Of a stretch of 64,000 nucleotides of DNA, positions 35,599 through 44,389 are shown one piece after another. Numbering within the stretch: the first letter of the stretch is position 1; the number at the start of each line of letters is the position of its first letter. Where the stretch lies: positions 196 to 64,195 of the forward strand of contig JASEEX010000004.1 in the NCBI GenBank assembly GCA_030019415.1. The letters run 5' to 3'. Position numbers and translations under genes: made by a program. The notes below the pieces were generated by a model. That model did no database searches. It was not told the DNA's origin and saw nothing but the letters and a program-made list of their open reading frames with translations. This stretch comes from Thermodesulfovibrionales bacterium (GTDB lineage Bacteria; Nitrospirota; Thermodesulfovibrionia; Thermodesulfovibrionales; SM23-35).

Positions 35599-37896
35599 AT
35601 GAAGGGTCTTTCATCTGAAATCAGCCTTACACAAAATGCAATGAAGGTTCTTGAGAAAAGGTATCTAAAAAAGGATGAGGAAGGAAGGGTTGTAGAGACT
35701 CCCGAGGATCTTTTTAGAAGGGTTGCAAAAACTATAGCAGATGCAGATAGGCTTTACGGTAAGACTGAAGCGGAAGTCAGGGAGCTTCAAGAAGAGTTTT
35801 ATCTCATGCTGACCTCCCTCATGTTTCTACCTAATAGCCCTACCCTTATGAATGCAGGCAGGAGACTTGGCCAATTAAGTGCATGTTTTGTCCTTCCTGT
35901 TGAAGACTCTATGGAGTCCATATTCGATGCAGTAAAAAATACCGCGATTATACACAAATCAGGCGGTGGCACAGGTTTTAGTTTCTCGAGGTTAAGGCCG
36001 AACGGAGACATTGTGGGCTCCACAAAAGGCATATCCTCAGGCCCTGTATCATTCATGGCCGTATTTGACACGGCAACGGAGGCTGTTAAGCAGGGCGGGA
36101 CAAGAAGGGGCGCTAACATGGGCATCCTGAGGGTTGACCACCCTGATATACTCAGTTTTATTACCTGTAAGGATGACAATGCAAGATTCAATAACTTTAA
36201 CATCTCTGTAGCAATCACTGATGAGTTCATGCGAGCTGTAGAAGAAGACAAGTCGTATGACCTTATTAACCCAAGGACAAAGAAGGTAACAAACACCCTC
36301 AAGGCAAAAGAAGTCTTTAATCTAATAGTAGATCATGCATGGAAGAACGGAGAGCCAGGCATTGTCTTCATCGATAGAGTGGATGGGTCAAACCCCACTC
36401 CTCGAATAGGGAAGATAGAGTCAACAAACCCCTGCGGTGAACAACCCCTCCTTCCTTATGAGTCCTGCAACCTGGGCTCGATTAATCTTGCAAAGATGGT
36501 AAAAGCAGTCGGCCCCCAGCAGTCGGCAGCCAGCAGTCAAAACTTGTCACTTCGTTATGAGATCGACTGGGATAAACTCAGGGACATAACATGGAAAGCG
36601 GTGCACTTCCTCGATAATGTCATAGATGTAAATAAATATCCCCTTTCGATAATACAAGAAATGACAAGGGCCAATAGGAAGATAGGCCTTGGCGTGATGG
36701 GATGGGCAGACATGCTCATACAGCTCGGGATACCTTATAATTCGAACAGGGCTATAAAACTTGCAGAAGATGTGATGGAGTTCATACAGAAGGAAGGCAA
36801 GAACGCTTCAGCAGCAATTGGAGGGGAGCACGGGGTTTTTCCGAACTACCAAGGGAGCATTTATGATGGAAAGATAAGGCTTAGAAACGCTGCTGTTACA
36901 ACTATTGCACCAACAGGCACACTCTCTATAATCGCAGGCTGTTCATCAGGCATCGAGCCACTTTTTGCAGTCTCCTATGTGAGGACTGTGATGGAAGGCA
37001 CGAAACTAATAGAGGTAAATCCTTACTTTGAAAAGATAGCTAAGGAACACAGATTCTGGGGTAGAGAGCTTATGGAGAGGATTGCAGATAAGGGTTCAAT
37101 ACAGGAATTTGATGAGATACCAGAAGATGTCAAGGCTGTCTTTATTACTGCCCATGACATCACACCCATTGAACATGTAACAATGCAGGCAGCATTCCAG
37201 AAATTCGTTGATAATGCTGTCTCAAAAACCGTGAATTTCCCTCACGATGCTACACCAGGAGATGTCGAGGAGGTATATCTACTTGCATACAAACTCGGCT
37301 GTAAGGGGGTTACTGTTTACAGGGACGGCTCAAGAGAAGAGCAGGTCCTTACGAAGGGCAAGGCAAGAGTCAGCAGTCAGCAGTCATCCACCTCAGGCGG
37401 AGTCAGCAGTCAAACAGCCAAAATAATTCCGAGGAAAAGGCCAGAAGTTATAAAAGGCACAACTAGACTCATGAAGACAGGCTGTGGCAACCTCTATGTC
37501 ACCATCAACGAGGATGAAGAAGGACATCTTTTTGAGCTCTTCACATCTATGGGAAAGGCAGGTGGATGTGCTGCAAGCCAATCTGAGGCGATAGGAAGAC
37601 TTGTCTCACTCGCATTCAGGTCCGACATCGAGCCAGATGAGGTTATTAAGCAGTTGAAGGGGATTTCGTGCCACTCCCACGCATGGACAAACGGCGGTAA
37701 GATAACCTCATGTTCTGATGCGATCGCAAAGTCTCTTGAAAAGTATCTCCAGAAAGGAGACAGAGGAGACGGAGATTGCGAGAAAAGCTATAAGGAGGTT
37801 ATGTTCATCGGCCGATGCCCTGAATGCGGCAGCGCTATAGAGCACGAGGGTGGCTGTGCAGTTTGCCATAATTGCGGATTTACGAAGTGTGGGTAA
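35599..37896 (+). CDS. nrdJ: Class II (adenosylcobalamin-dependent) ribonucleotide reductase with C-terminal Cys-rich zinc-finger tail
   Basis: Motifs FLPNSPTLMNAG, SACFVL, TNPCGEQPL.PYESCNLGSINL and GCKG.TVYRDGSR. The tail is CPECGS...CAVCHNCGF.KCG. Confidence 0.9.
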   Translation: MKGLSSEISLTQNAMKVLEKRYLKKDEEGRVVETPEDLFRRVAKTIADADRLYGKTEAEVRELQEEFYLMLTSLMFLPNSPTLMNAGRRLGQLSACFVLPVEDSMESIFDAVKNTAIIHKSGGGTGFSFSRLRPNGDIVGSTKGISSGPVSFMAVFDTATEAVKQGGTRRGANMGILRVDHPDILSFITCKDDNARFNNFNISVAITDEFMRAVEEDKSYDLINPRTKKVTNTLKAKEVFNLIVDHAWKNGEPGIVFIDRVDGSNPTPRIGKIESTNPCGEQPLLPYESCNLGSINLAKMVKAVGPQQSAASSQNLSLRYEIDWDKLRDITWKAVHFLDNVIDVNKYPLSIIQEMTRANRKIGLGVMGWADMLIQLGIPYNSNRAIKLAEDVMEFIQKEGKNASAAIGGEHGVFPNYQGSIYDGKIRLRNAAVTTIAPTGTLSIIAGCSSGIEPLFAVSYVRTVMEGTKLIEVNPYFEKIAKEHRFWGRELMERIADKGSIQEFDEIPEDVKAVFITAHDITPIEHVTMQAAFQKFVDNAVSKTVNFPHDATPGDVEEVYLLAYKLGCKGVTVYRDGSREEQVLTKGKARVSSQQSSTSGGVSSQTAKIIPRKRPEVIKGTTRLMKTGCGNLYVTINEDEEGHLFELFTSMGKAGGCAASQSEAIGRLVSLAFRSDIEPDEVIKQLKGISCHSHAWTNGGKITSCSDAIAKSLEKYLQKGDRGDGDCEKSYKEVMFIGRCPECGSAIEHEGGCAVCHNCGFTKCG
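36505..36543. repeat. CAGCAGTC-type short-period repeat inserted in frame in nrdJ (site 1)
   Basis: gcagtcggcccccagcagtcggcagccagcagtcaaaac encodes AVGPQQSAASSQN, immediately after the conserved INLAKMV segment. Confidence 0.55.
37368..37415. repeat. CAGCAGTC-type short-period repeat inserted in frame in nrdJ (site 2)
   Basis: agtcagcagtcagcagtcatccacctcaggcggagtcagcagtcaaac encodes VSSQQSSTSGGVSSQT. It contains a near copy of the CCGCCTNAGGCGG palindrome. Confidence 0.55.
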
Positions 37897-37900
37897 CCCT

Positions 37901-38206
37901 TTGAATGATGACAAAGACATAGAGCGGATTATCCATTATTTCAAAGGCATGGCTGAAGTCTCAACCCTGTATTTATTCGGAAGTCTCGGTAAAGGCAGAA
38001 AGACTGTAGAGAGCGACATAGATATTGCAGTAATTGTCGATGAATCTAAATTACAGAAAAAAGACTTTGAACTCCTCAAGAAAAAGTACTACGATGCATC
38101 ACCCAGATTTTCAATGCGGCCGGTTGATATCGTCATTTTAAATACTGCACCGCCTTTTCTTAAACATCAAGCATTAAAGACAGGAAAAGTGATCAGATGT
38201 TCATAG
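37901..38206 (+). CDS. Nucleotidyltransferase-domain protein (MNT-like)
   Basis: LYLFGSLGKGR....SDIDIAVIV is the pol-beta-type NTase motif. The start is uncertain: TTG 37901 just after the nrdJ stop, while the track start GTG 37850 overlaps nrdJ. Confidence 0.65.
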   Translation: MNDDKDIERIIHYFKGMAEVSTLYLFGSLGKGRKTVESDIDIAVIVDESKLQKKDFELLKKKYYDASPRFSMRPVDIVILNTAPPFLKHQALKTGKVIRCS

Positions 38207-38682
38207 ATTATTATGGTAATATGCATCCTGACTATATAGATTATACTCTTATAGATTCTCCCTTAAGAAAATTGATTAAAGCAATCAACCAAAGTTCATG
38301 GGCGAAAACCATTTCGAGTTGTGCGGGTAAGGCATGTCATAACAATGGAAATTTACATCTTGTCATTGAGGTTAAAGGGACTGAAGGTATTTATAACTTT
38401 CTTAGGTGGCTGTCCTTGTCGCATGCTCTTGGATCTAAGGCTTGTTATGAAAACAACAAAATACCAGATTTTGCACTGCCTAAAGCAGAGCTTAGCACTC
38501 CCAATCTCCTCCGTGGCGAAAGGTCAATCACAGGCGCTTTTCTGGGGGGAAACTGGACCAGATTTTATATATCCCTTCATTTAGGGAGAAAACCTTTAAG
38601 CAAGACTCAAATAATGGGAGGTATCAAGGCATTGAGCTTGGATGGGATGCAATTGCAAACAATAATAGAAAAGGAAAAATAA
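38197..38682 (+). CDS. Hypothetical protein (161 aa), no family recognised
   Basis: An ORF overlapping the NTase stop by 10 nt. There are no recognisable motifs apart from a weak R-x5-H (RWLSLSH). Confidence 0.4.
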   Translation: MFIDYYGNMHPDYIDYTLIDSPLRKLIKAINQSSWAKTISSCAGKACHNNGNLHLVIEVKGTEGIYNFLRWLSLSHALGSKACYENNKIPDFALPKAELSTPNLLRGERSITGAFLGGNWTRFYISLHLGRKPLSKTQIMGGIKALSLDGMQLQTIIEKEK

Positions 38683-38730
38683 AAGGAACGAATCTCTTTA
38701 TCACTCAGTAAAATCTTTGTAATAATATTC

Positions 38731-39164
38731 TTGGAGATTATGGAGACATATATGTCAACTAATACATTGCAGGCAAAGCAGCCTTTACTAAGAAGTGACT
38801 TTTATTCTCCCTCTGAAATAATCGAGTTATTTAAAGCTAAAAAGGTTGAAAAAGACTGGTCTTTTATTGAATATAAGCCTAGTGATACTTCAAAACTTAC
38901 CCATTGTTATCATCGTTATCCAGCCAAATTTATCCCGCAACTAGTTGAAAAACTTATGGATGAGTATCTCATTGGCATCAGAGAACCTCATGTAAATGAC
39001 CTTTTTATGGGAAGCGGAACAACCATTGTATGCGCTATAACAAGGGGATATAAAGCAAGTGGGACGGATATTAATTATATTTCCGAGTTAATTACAAGAG
39101 TCAAATGTACTCCCATTAACCCTCTTTTACTCAAAGAGAGAATAGGTATACTACTTTCAGACTG
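38731..39164 (+). pseudogene. DNA methyltransferase N-terminal fragment, truncated by the IS256-family element
   Basis: YHRYPAKFIPQLV and the SAM motif LFMGSGTT are present, but no (D/N)PPY catalytic motif follows. The reading frame runs into the IS end at ~39165. Confidence 0.65.
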
Positions 39165-40539
39165 GTATTGTCAAGTTTTTTCTGTAAATTCTCTCAGGGC
39201 CTTTATCCTCAATGGTTTTCATGGCTTCTAATTAAGCTGCAACCTTCTCAAGTTTTGATGCCCTTATCTTTGCAAGGATCGCCTTCGCCTCATCTGTCAT
39301 ATCCACCCCATGCCATCTGAGTTCCTTTATCTGCCAGTAGACCATCGTCAGCGCCCTCTCCTCATCCTTAAACCTCCCAATCCCTCTTACCCTTCCTCTC
39401 ACCTCCCTGAAGCTCCTCTCCACCGCATTGGTCGTCCGTATACGCCTCCAATGCCGGTAAGGATACTTGTAATATGTCAAACACGCCTCTATGTCCTCCA
39501 TCAAACACTCTGATGCTGATGGATACTTCCTATCCCACTCCCTCTTAAATAGCTCTATTGCCTCTTTAGCATGCTCGTATGTGGAGGCATAGAATATCTT
39601 CCTCAATGACCCCTTTACTGCATCTCTGTCTTCCTTGAGTACCTTGTTAAGAATATTCTCCGTCCTGTGTTTTGTACATCTCTGAATGTCTGAGTCGGGG
39701 AATAGCTCCTGCACTGCCCTTATGAGTCCAGGACAGCCATCTATCACTATGAGTAACGGATCATTAAGTCCTCTCTTTACCATATCTTCCAAGAACCCCC
39801 TCCACGCACTGTACGATTCCTGGTTGCCAAGGCTTACGCTTATAAGCTCAGCCCTGCCATCTTCCAAAAACGCCCTCGCCACTAATACTGCCTCCTTCTG
39901 TCTTGTCCCTGCCCTCACGCCAAGCCTTATCCCATCAAGGATTAGATAGATTACTTTAAGTTCAGATAAATCCCTCTTCTTCCATCCCCTGAATTCATCA
40001 ACTATCCTCTCAGTAAGCCTTATTACATTCTGATGGCTGAACCCCTTATCCTTAAGGAGCTTCCTTATGGAACCCTTCACCTTCCTCGTAGAGACCCCAT
40101 TCATATAAAGCAAAGGCACTACCTCCCTTATCTCCTCCATCTGTCTTACATAGGGAGGAAGTATCTTTGAATGAAAGGGCCTCTCTAAACCCCTTACCTG
40201 TGGCATCGCAACCTCTATCTCCCCACACCCTATATTAACAGCCCTTGTCTTTGATCCATTGCGAGTGCCATGCTGCCCGCTACGCTCATAATAGTCCCTT
40301 TGCAGTAGCATGCATAGCTCCTCCTCTATCGCTACCTGTAATGCCATCCGAGCTCCTATCCTCGTTATCTCTATCAGCGGATGCCTCCCGCTGAGCTCCT
40401 CTAAATGCTCCTCGATGACTTTCTTCGACTTCTTTGATATACTTTCCATGGGTATAATTCTCCTTTCTTTTTTAAAGTCTTTACAAACCATTGAGAATTA
40501 TACCCTATTTGGAATTTACAGAACATATGTTACAATATC
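39165..40539 (-). mobile_element. IS256-family insertion sequence (~1.37 kb)
   Basis: The imperfect terminal inverted repeats are ggtattgtcaagttttttctgtaaattc (39164-39191) and the reverse complement of ggaatttacagaacatatgttacaatatc (40511-40539). No direct target duplication is seen. Confidence 0.8.
39232..40449 (-). CDS. IS256-family (Mutator-type) transposase
   Basis: RDYYERS....TRNG..TR........I.V..PQVRG and the later DG..GL / CT.H ... Y.YP...W..IRTTN..E motifs. The ATG at 40449 is preceded by AAAGGAG. Confidence 0.85.
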   Translation of the reverse strand: MESISKKSKKVIEEHLEELSGRHPLIEITRIGARMALQVAIEEELCMLLQRDYYERSGQHGTRNGSKTRAVNIGCGEIEVAMPQVRGLERPFHSKILPPYVRQMEEIREVVPLLYMNGVSTRKVKGSIRKLLKDKGFSHQNVIRLTERIVDEFRGWKKRDLSELKVIYLILDGIRLGVRAGTRQKEAVLVARAFLEDGRAELISVSLGNQESYSAWRGFLEDMVKRGLNDPLLIVIDGCPGLIRAVQELFPDSDIQRCTKHRTENILNKVLKEDRDAVKGSLRKIFYASTYEHAKEAIELFKREWDRKYPSASECLMEDIEACLTYYKYPYRHWRRIRTTNAVERSFREVRGRVRGIGRFKDEERALTMVYWQIKELRWHGVDMTDEAKAILAKIRASKLEKVAA

Positions 40540-40716
40540 AAAAAACTCTCTTTATCAAAGAAAATAATTTGTAAACAATGGATGCATTTCTGTTAACAAC
40601 CAATATAATGTATAATTCTGTCTAAAAAAGAGTGAGTCTTACTCGATGATTACAACATCTAACCTTGTTTCTTGATATCAAGTCCGTACTCTGTTAACCT
40701 GCCATGACATAAAATC

Positions 40717-41070
40717 CTAAGCCTCGATAAAATCAATTGCATATGGCTCCATGGTATCTTTAGAATGCTTTGAGTGGTGTTTGATTATGGCTTTAGCTAT
40801 AGTTAAAAATCTATCACCGGGCAAGGTATAAGGGACGATAAGAACTCCAGTATGTGGGCGATGCTCATTAAAGAACTGAACAGTCAGGCAGATGAAATCG
40901 TTCCTATTACGGGTAACAAGACACCTGCTCTCAGAAGATGCTCGTTCCAGCTGTTCTATATCAGCGGCCTGTAACATTCCAACCTCATGGGCGCTAACAG
41001 CGTCTATATGATTTTTTCTGAGTATTTCGGCAATCTTAGGACTGAGGTCTTCGTCGAGATAATACTTCAA
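40717..41070 (-). CDS. DUF5615-family PIN-like putative toxin
   Basis: MKYYLDEDLSPKIAEILRK.HIDAVSAHEVG....D.EQL..A....R.LVT.N..DF. Confidence 0.7.
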   Translation of the reverse strand: MKYYLDEDLSPKIAEILRKNHIDAVSAHEVGMLQAADIEQLERASSESRCLVTRNRNDFICLTVQFFNEHRPHTGVLIVPYTLPGDRFLTIAKAIIKHHSKHSKDTMEPYAIDFIEA

Positions 41071-41486
41071 CGACTACCCCTGGCAAGAAAGGGATATTTT
41101 TCAGAGATAGATTTTGTATTCAATTCTTCATTCTGCTTAATGAGATGATCAATTTCATCTTTATAGGCCCTATAATAGCCGATTGCAGCTCTGAGCTGTT
41201 GCTCTGTGAGCCAGTGATATGCCTTGCGGAGGCGAGCAAAATCTTCATCAACACCTTTATAAGTTGCAATTACCTCCCAGACCTCTATGCCTGTCCCTGC
41301 AATTCGTGCTCTCCTTCCTATAGTTCCTTCGGTAAAAATAATACCCGGACAGCGCTTCATCCGTAATGCTTCTTCAAGTAGCTCATTCGCCACAGCGGAA
41401 AACTCCTTGCCAGAATCCCTTGATATTTGTTCGATCTCCTTCAGTGTTTTTTCCCTAATTCTGATGCTTTTTTGAATTGTTGACAT
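41067..41486 (-). CDS. DUF433-domain putative antitoxin
   Basis: G.P.I.GTGI.VW.V...Y...... L...Y..L...Q...A..YY is the DUF433 pattern. It overlaps the downstream gene by 4 nt. Confidence 0.7.
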   Translation of the reverse strand: MSTIQKSIRIREKTLKEIEQISRDSGKEFSAVANELLEEALRMKRCPGIIFTEGTIGRRARIAGTGIEVWEVIATYKGVDEDFARLRKAYHWLTEQQLRAAIGYYRAYKDEIDHLIKQNEELNTKSISEKYPFLARGSR

Positions 41487-41509
41487 GACCCATCTCCTTT
41501 TTTTCTATC

Positions 41510-41528
41510 TGTATTACATTATAATACA
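41510..41528. promoter_or_regulatory. 7-5-7 palindrome upstream of the DUF433/DUF5615 pair (possible autoregulatory operator)
   Basis: tgtatta-cattA-taataca lies 24 nt upstream of the DUF433 start. Confidence 0.3.
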
Positions 41529-41654
41529 TTGTGATATTACTGCATGTCAAATGAATTGTGTGAGATAACTTAATCATTTTGGACAAGTCTGATTTGGTAT
41601 AATGTCGAAAATTGCAATTGTTAATCGATAGACAAAAAGTGTTATAAATCTTCT

Positions 41655-41990
41655 ATGGAAATAAAATATTTTCTTTATTTTTTGATCGGTGGGGTTATTG
41701 TAAGTGTTGTTACCTATTTCGCTAGCCAGGCGAAAAGTTTAATGGCAGCCTTCATCGCCAATTTACCGGTCATAACATTAATAACCTTCCTGACTATTTA
41801 TTTTGAATCTGGTCAGAAGGCAGTAGTTTTATATGCTGAAGGACTGATAATTATGCTTTTCCCCTGGCTGGCTTATATATCTGCCGTTATCTTTTTAACA
41901 CATAGATTAGGGTTTATCCCCTCACTTGTCATAGGAATTTCTCTTTATCTCTTAATCGCCTATTTAATAATTAGCATGAAAAAATTCTGA
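41655..41990 (+). CDS. Small 4-TM membrane protein (DUF3147/GlpM-like)
   Basis: 111 aa with four hydrophobic helices. The family call is tentative. Confidence 0.5.
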   Translation: MEIKYFLYFLIGGVIVSVVTYFASQAKSLMAAFIANLPVITLITFLTIYFESGQKAVVLYAEGLIIMLFPWLAYISAVIFLTHRLGFIPSLVIGISLYLLIAYLIISMKKF

Positions 41991-42074
41991 GCTTAATAGC
42001 CTCCAAATACATACCTTACTGGCATCTCAAGGACTATGATGATAAAGACCAGACAGGTTATGACCATTTAACCC

Positions 42075-42428
42075 TTAAAGCCCGAGGGCGTCGATTATCC
42101 TTTTTCTCTGTTTTTCGATTACCTTCTGTCCGTGTTCAAGGGTCTCTACAATCTCCTTTTTGGCACTTTCTGAGAGCCCCTTGCCACGATCTATTACATC
42201 TGTCGCCTTATCCTTCACATCACTCACAAACTCATTGACACTTTCGATTATATCCTCAGCTAAATCGACAGTGCCCTTTTTTATCCGTCTTGCTGTCTTT
42301 GAAATATCCTCTCTCGTCTCACGTCCTGATTTAGGTGCATAGAGAAGAGCGATAGCTGCACCGATCAGCCCTCCTAACAGAAATGCCCCCATAATCTTTG
42401 TAGCATCTTTGTTCATAGTATCCTCCAT
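42075..42428 (-). CDS. YtxH-domain protein
   Basis: The TM helix GAFLLGGLIGAAIALLYAPKSGRETRE is followed by a charged helical region. Confidence 0.75.
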   Translation of the reverse strand: MEDTMNKDATKIMGAFLLGGLIGAAIALLYAPKSGRETREDISKTARRIKKGTVDLAEDIIESVNEFVSDVKDKATDVIDRGKGLSESAKKEIVETLEHGQKVIEKQRKRIIDALGL

Positions 42429-42517
42429 TAAAAAATTTTCTTAGATTAATATAAATGAATCACAGAGTCAACTTTCCATGGTAGACATTTTAACCTGCCT
42501 CGGCTATCATTTAAGTA

Positions 42518-43633
42518 GTGAACACCGCATTATTTTACGGTTCATGGAAAATAATCACAATATGGGGAATACCTATCAGGGTTCATTTTTCATGGCTTAT
42601 TGTTTTCGGTTTGATAACATGGTCTTTATCCATCTATTATTTTCCCAAGGCAGCCCCTGAACTGCCAGCAGCATCTTACTGGACTAAGGGTGCTATCGGA
42701 GCGCTCCTTCTATTTGCCTCTGTTGTATTTCACGAACTTGCACATTCCTTTGTATCTAAGAAATACAAAATATCCATAATCGGTATTACACTCTTTATCT
42801 TTGGTGGTGTTGCACAGATGAAGGGTGAGCCTCCAACCCCGAAGGCAGAATTCAGGATAGCGATTGCGGGACCACTTTCGAGTTTCTTTCTATCAGGGGT
42901 CTTTTTCTTATCCTATACTGCTGCTGACAGTCCTGGGATAAAGGCCCTCTATGCATATCTCTCACAGATTAATCTCATTCTCGGTGTCTTCAATCTCATC
43001 CCTGGTTTTCCTATGGATGGTGGAAGGGTATTGAGGTCAATAATATGGGAAAAAACAAAAGATTACTTTCACGCCACGAGGAAGGCCTCCGGTCTTGGAC
43101 AGAAAATAGCTCTTTTCTTTATCATTTTCGGTTTATTCTCTATCCTCACAGGCCTTCCGGGAGGATTATGGCTTATGTTCATAGGCTGGTTTCTTTATAC
43201 AGCAGCTCAGGCAAGCTATCAGCAGGCAAGTCTTCAGGAGAACCTTTCTGGCTTAAAGGTCAAGGATGTAATGGTAAGAGATATCGTAACCCTCAGTTCA
43301 TCGGTTACTATTGATGAGGCTGTAAATGGTTATTTTCTTAAATATGGCTATGGAGGGTTCCCTGTCTTCGGGGATGGAAGATTCCTCGGCATCATAACCC
43401 TTAAAGAGGTTAAAAATGTTCCAAAGGAAGATTGGATAAAGGTAAATGTATCCGATGTCTTGGTCTCACACAGCAAAGAGTGGGAGGTGTCACCCGAAGA
43501 TGATGTTATGAAGGCCCTGGAACTGATGATCACCAAAGATAAGGGAAGGCTTGCGGTGATAAAGGATGATAAAATTATAGGTTTAATCACGAGAAATGGG
43601 ATTGCAAGATATATACAGATTATGGGAAGATGA
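42518..43633 (+). CDS. Site-2 protease family (M50) metalloprotease with C-terminal CBS pair
   Basis: HELAHSFVSKKY (HExxH), NLIPGFPMDGGRVLR, then two CBS repeats. GTG start. Confidence 0.85.
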   Translation: MNTALFYGSWKIITIWGIPIRVHFSWLIVFGLITWSLSIYYFPKAAPELPAASYWTKGAIGALLLFASVVFHELAHSFVSKKYKISIIGITLFIFGGVAQMKGEPPTPKAEFRIAIAGPLSSFFLSGVFFLSYTAADSPGIKALYAYLSQINLILGVFNLIPGFPMDGGRVLRSIIWEKTKDYFHATRKASGLGQKIALFFIIFGLFSILTGLPGGLWLMFIGWFLYTAAQASYQQASLQENLSGLKVKDVMVRDIVTLSSSVTIDEAVNGYFLKYGYGGFPVFGDGRFLGIITLKEVKNVPKEDWIKVNVSDVLVSHSKEWEVSPEDDVMKALELMITKDKGRLAVIKDDKIIGLITRNGIARYIQIMGR

Positions 43634-43641
43634 TGGAGAAG

Positions 43642-43679
43642 AAAAAATCAGGGATGGGTATACCCATCCCTGATTTTTT
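43642..43679. terminator. Bidirectional rho-independent terminator
   Basis: aaaaaatcagggatgggta / tacccatccctgatttttt is a perfect stem flanked by A- and T-runs, lying between convergent genes. Confidence 0.75.
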
Positions 43680-43723
43680 ACATAGCCTACTTTGCTGACT
43701 TCTCTGCGGGTGTAGGTGCTTTC

Positions 43724-43915
43724 TCAGGGTGCTGGAGGAGCAGGTGGTGCCTCAGCCGGTTTCTCCGGTACGGCAGGCCCTGGTGCCTCAGCCGGTTTTT
43801 CCGGTACGGCAGGCCCTGGTGCCTCAGCCGGTTTTTCAACCTTCTTACAGCCAATGCTGAGTGAGAATGATACAAGCAGCAACAGGGACAAAAGTATTAC
43901 TAAAAACCTCTTCAT
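43724..43915 (-). CDS. Small Pro/Ala-rich lipoprotein
   Basis: Signal peptide with the lipobox LSIGC, then repeats EKPAEAPGPAVP; 63 aa. Confidence 0.6.
   Translation of the reverse strand: MKRFLVILLSLLLLVSFSLSIGCKKVEKPAEAPGPAVPEKPAEAPGPAVPEKPAEAPPAPPAP
43746..43843. repeat. 36-bp tandem repeat, ~2.7 copies (inside the lipoprotein ORF)
   Basis: ggtgcctcagccggttt(c/t)tccggtacggcaggccct repeats at 43746, 43782 and 43818 (the last copy is partial). Confidence 0.8.
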
Positions 43916-44039
43916 TAACTGTCACCTCCTTTCATGAGGGATTTCCAAAAATCTTAAGTCAACATTATAACACAAGAGATTGGTCAATTTTATAACTGAA
44001 CATTTAGAAAAATCAAGATATTTCTTAAAGAGAATACCC

Positions 44040-44333
44040 AATAACCAAACTACAATAACCAAATAATAACCAATAACTCAATCACCAATAACCCAAATCC
44101 AGCGATAAATTTGTCGTAATGAAGCGATAATGTCATGGTGAGCCAGTCGAACCATGACATCAGTGTCACCCTTCGACACGCTCAGGGTGACACAATAGCA
44201 ATGGTTTGCACGTTTATCGCTGGATTTGGGAATAACCAAACAAGTTTTGACCCCGAAGAAAGAATCTTAGAATTTATCTTTGTTTGATTATTGATTATTG
44301 GAGTTTATTTGGTGTTTGATTATTGGTTATTGG
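44040..44333. repeat. Nested palindromic element: AATAACCAA-type outer arms, inner 18-bp inverted repeat, two core hairpins
   Basis: The outer arms are imperfect. cccaaatccagcgataaa (44092-44109) pairs with tttatcgctggatttggg (44213-44230). The core hairpins are gtcatggt...accatgac and gtgtcaccc...gggtgacac. Confidence 0.6.
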
Positions 44334-44389
44334 TAATCTGGAGATAGAGAGCACTTGACAAAAGTTCGTCATAGGGGCTCTTATAATAT

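Noticed and set aside
38197-38682. HEPN toxin partner of the MNT-like nucleotidyltransferase
   Set aside because: The position and overlap fit, and an R-x5-H exists (RWLSLSH). However, the surrounding sequence does not resemble DUF86/HEPN helices, so I left it as hypothetical.
39155-40550. Target-site duplication flanking the IS256-family element
   Set aside because: The flanks (…tttcagact / aaaaaactct…) do not match. I treat this as an insertion followed by an adjacent deletion rather than a simple insertion.
43687-43937. Alternative-frame ORFs across the 36-bp tandem repeat (62 aa minus, 73 aa plus)
   Set aside because: Open frames in all phases are an artefact of the repeat. Only the 43724-43915 frame has a signal peptide and lipobox.
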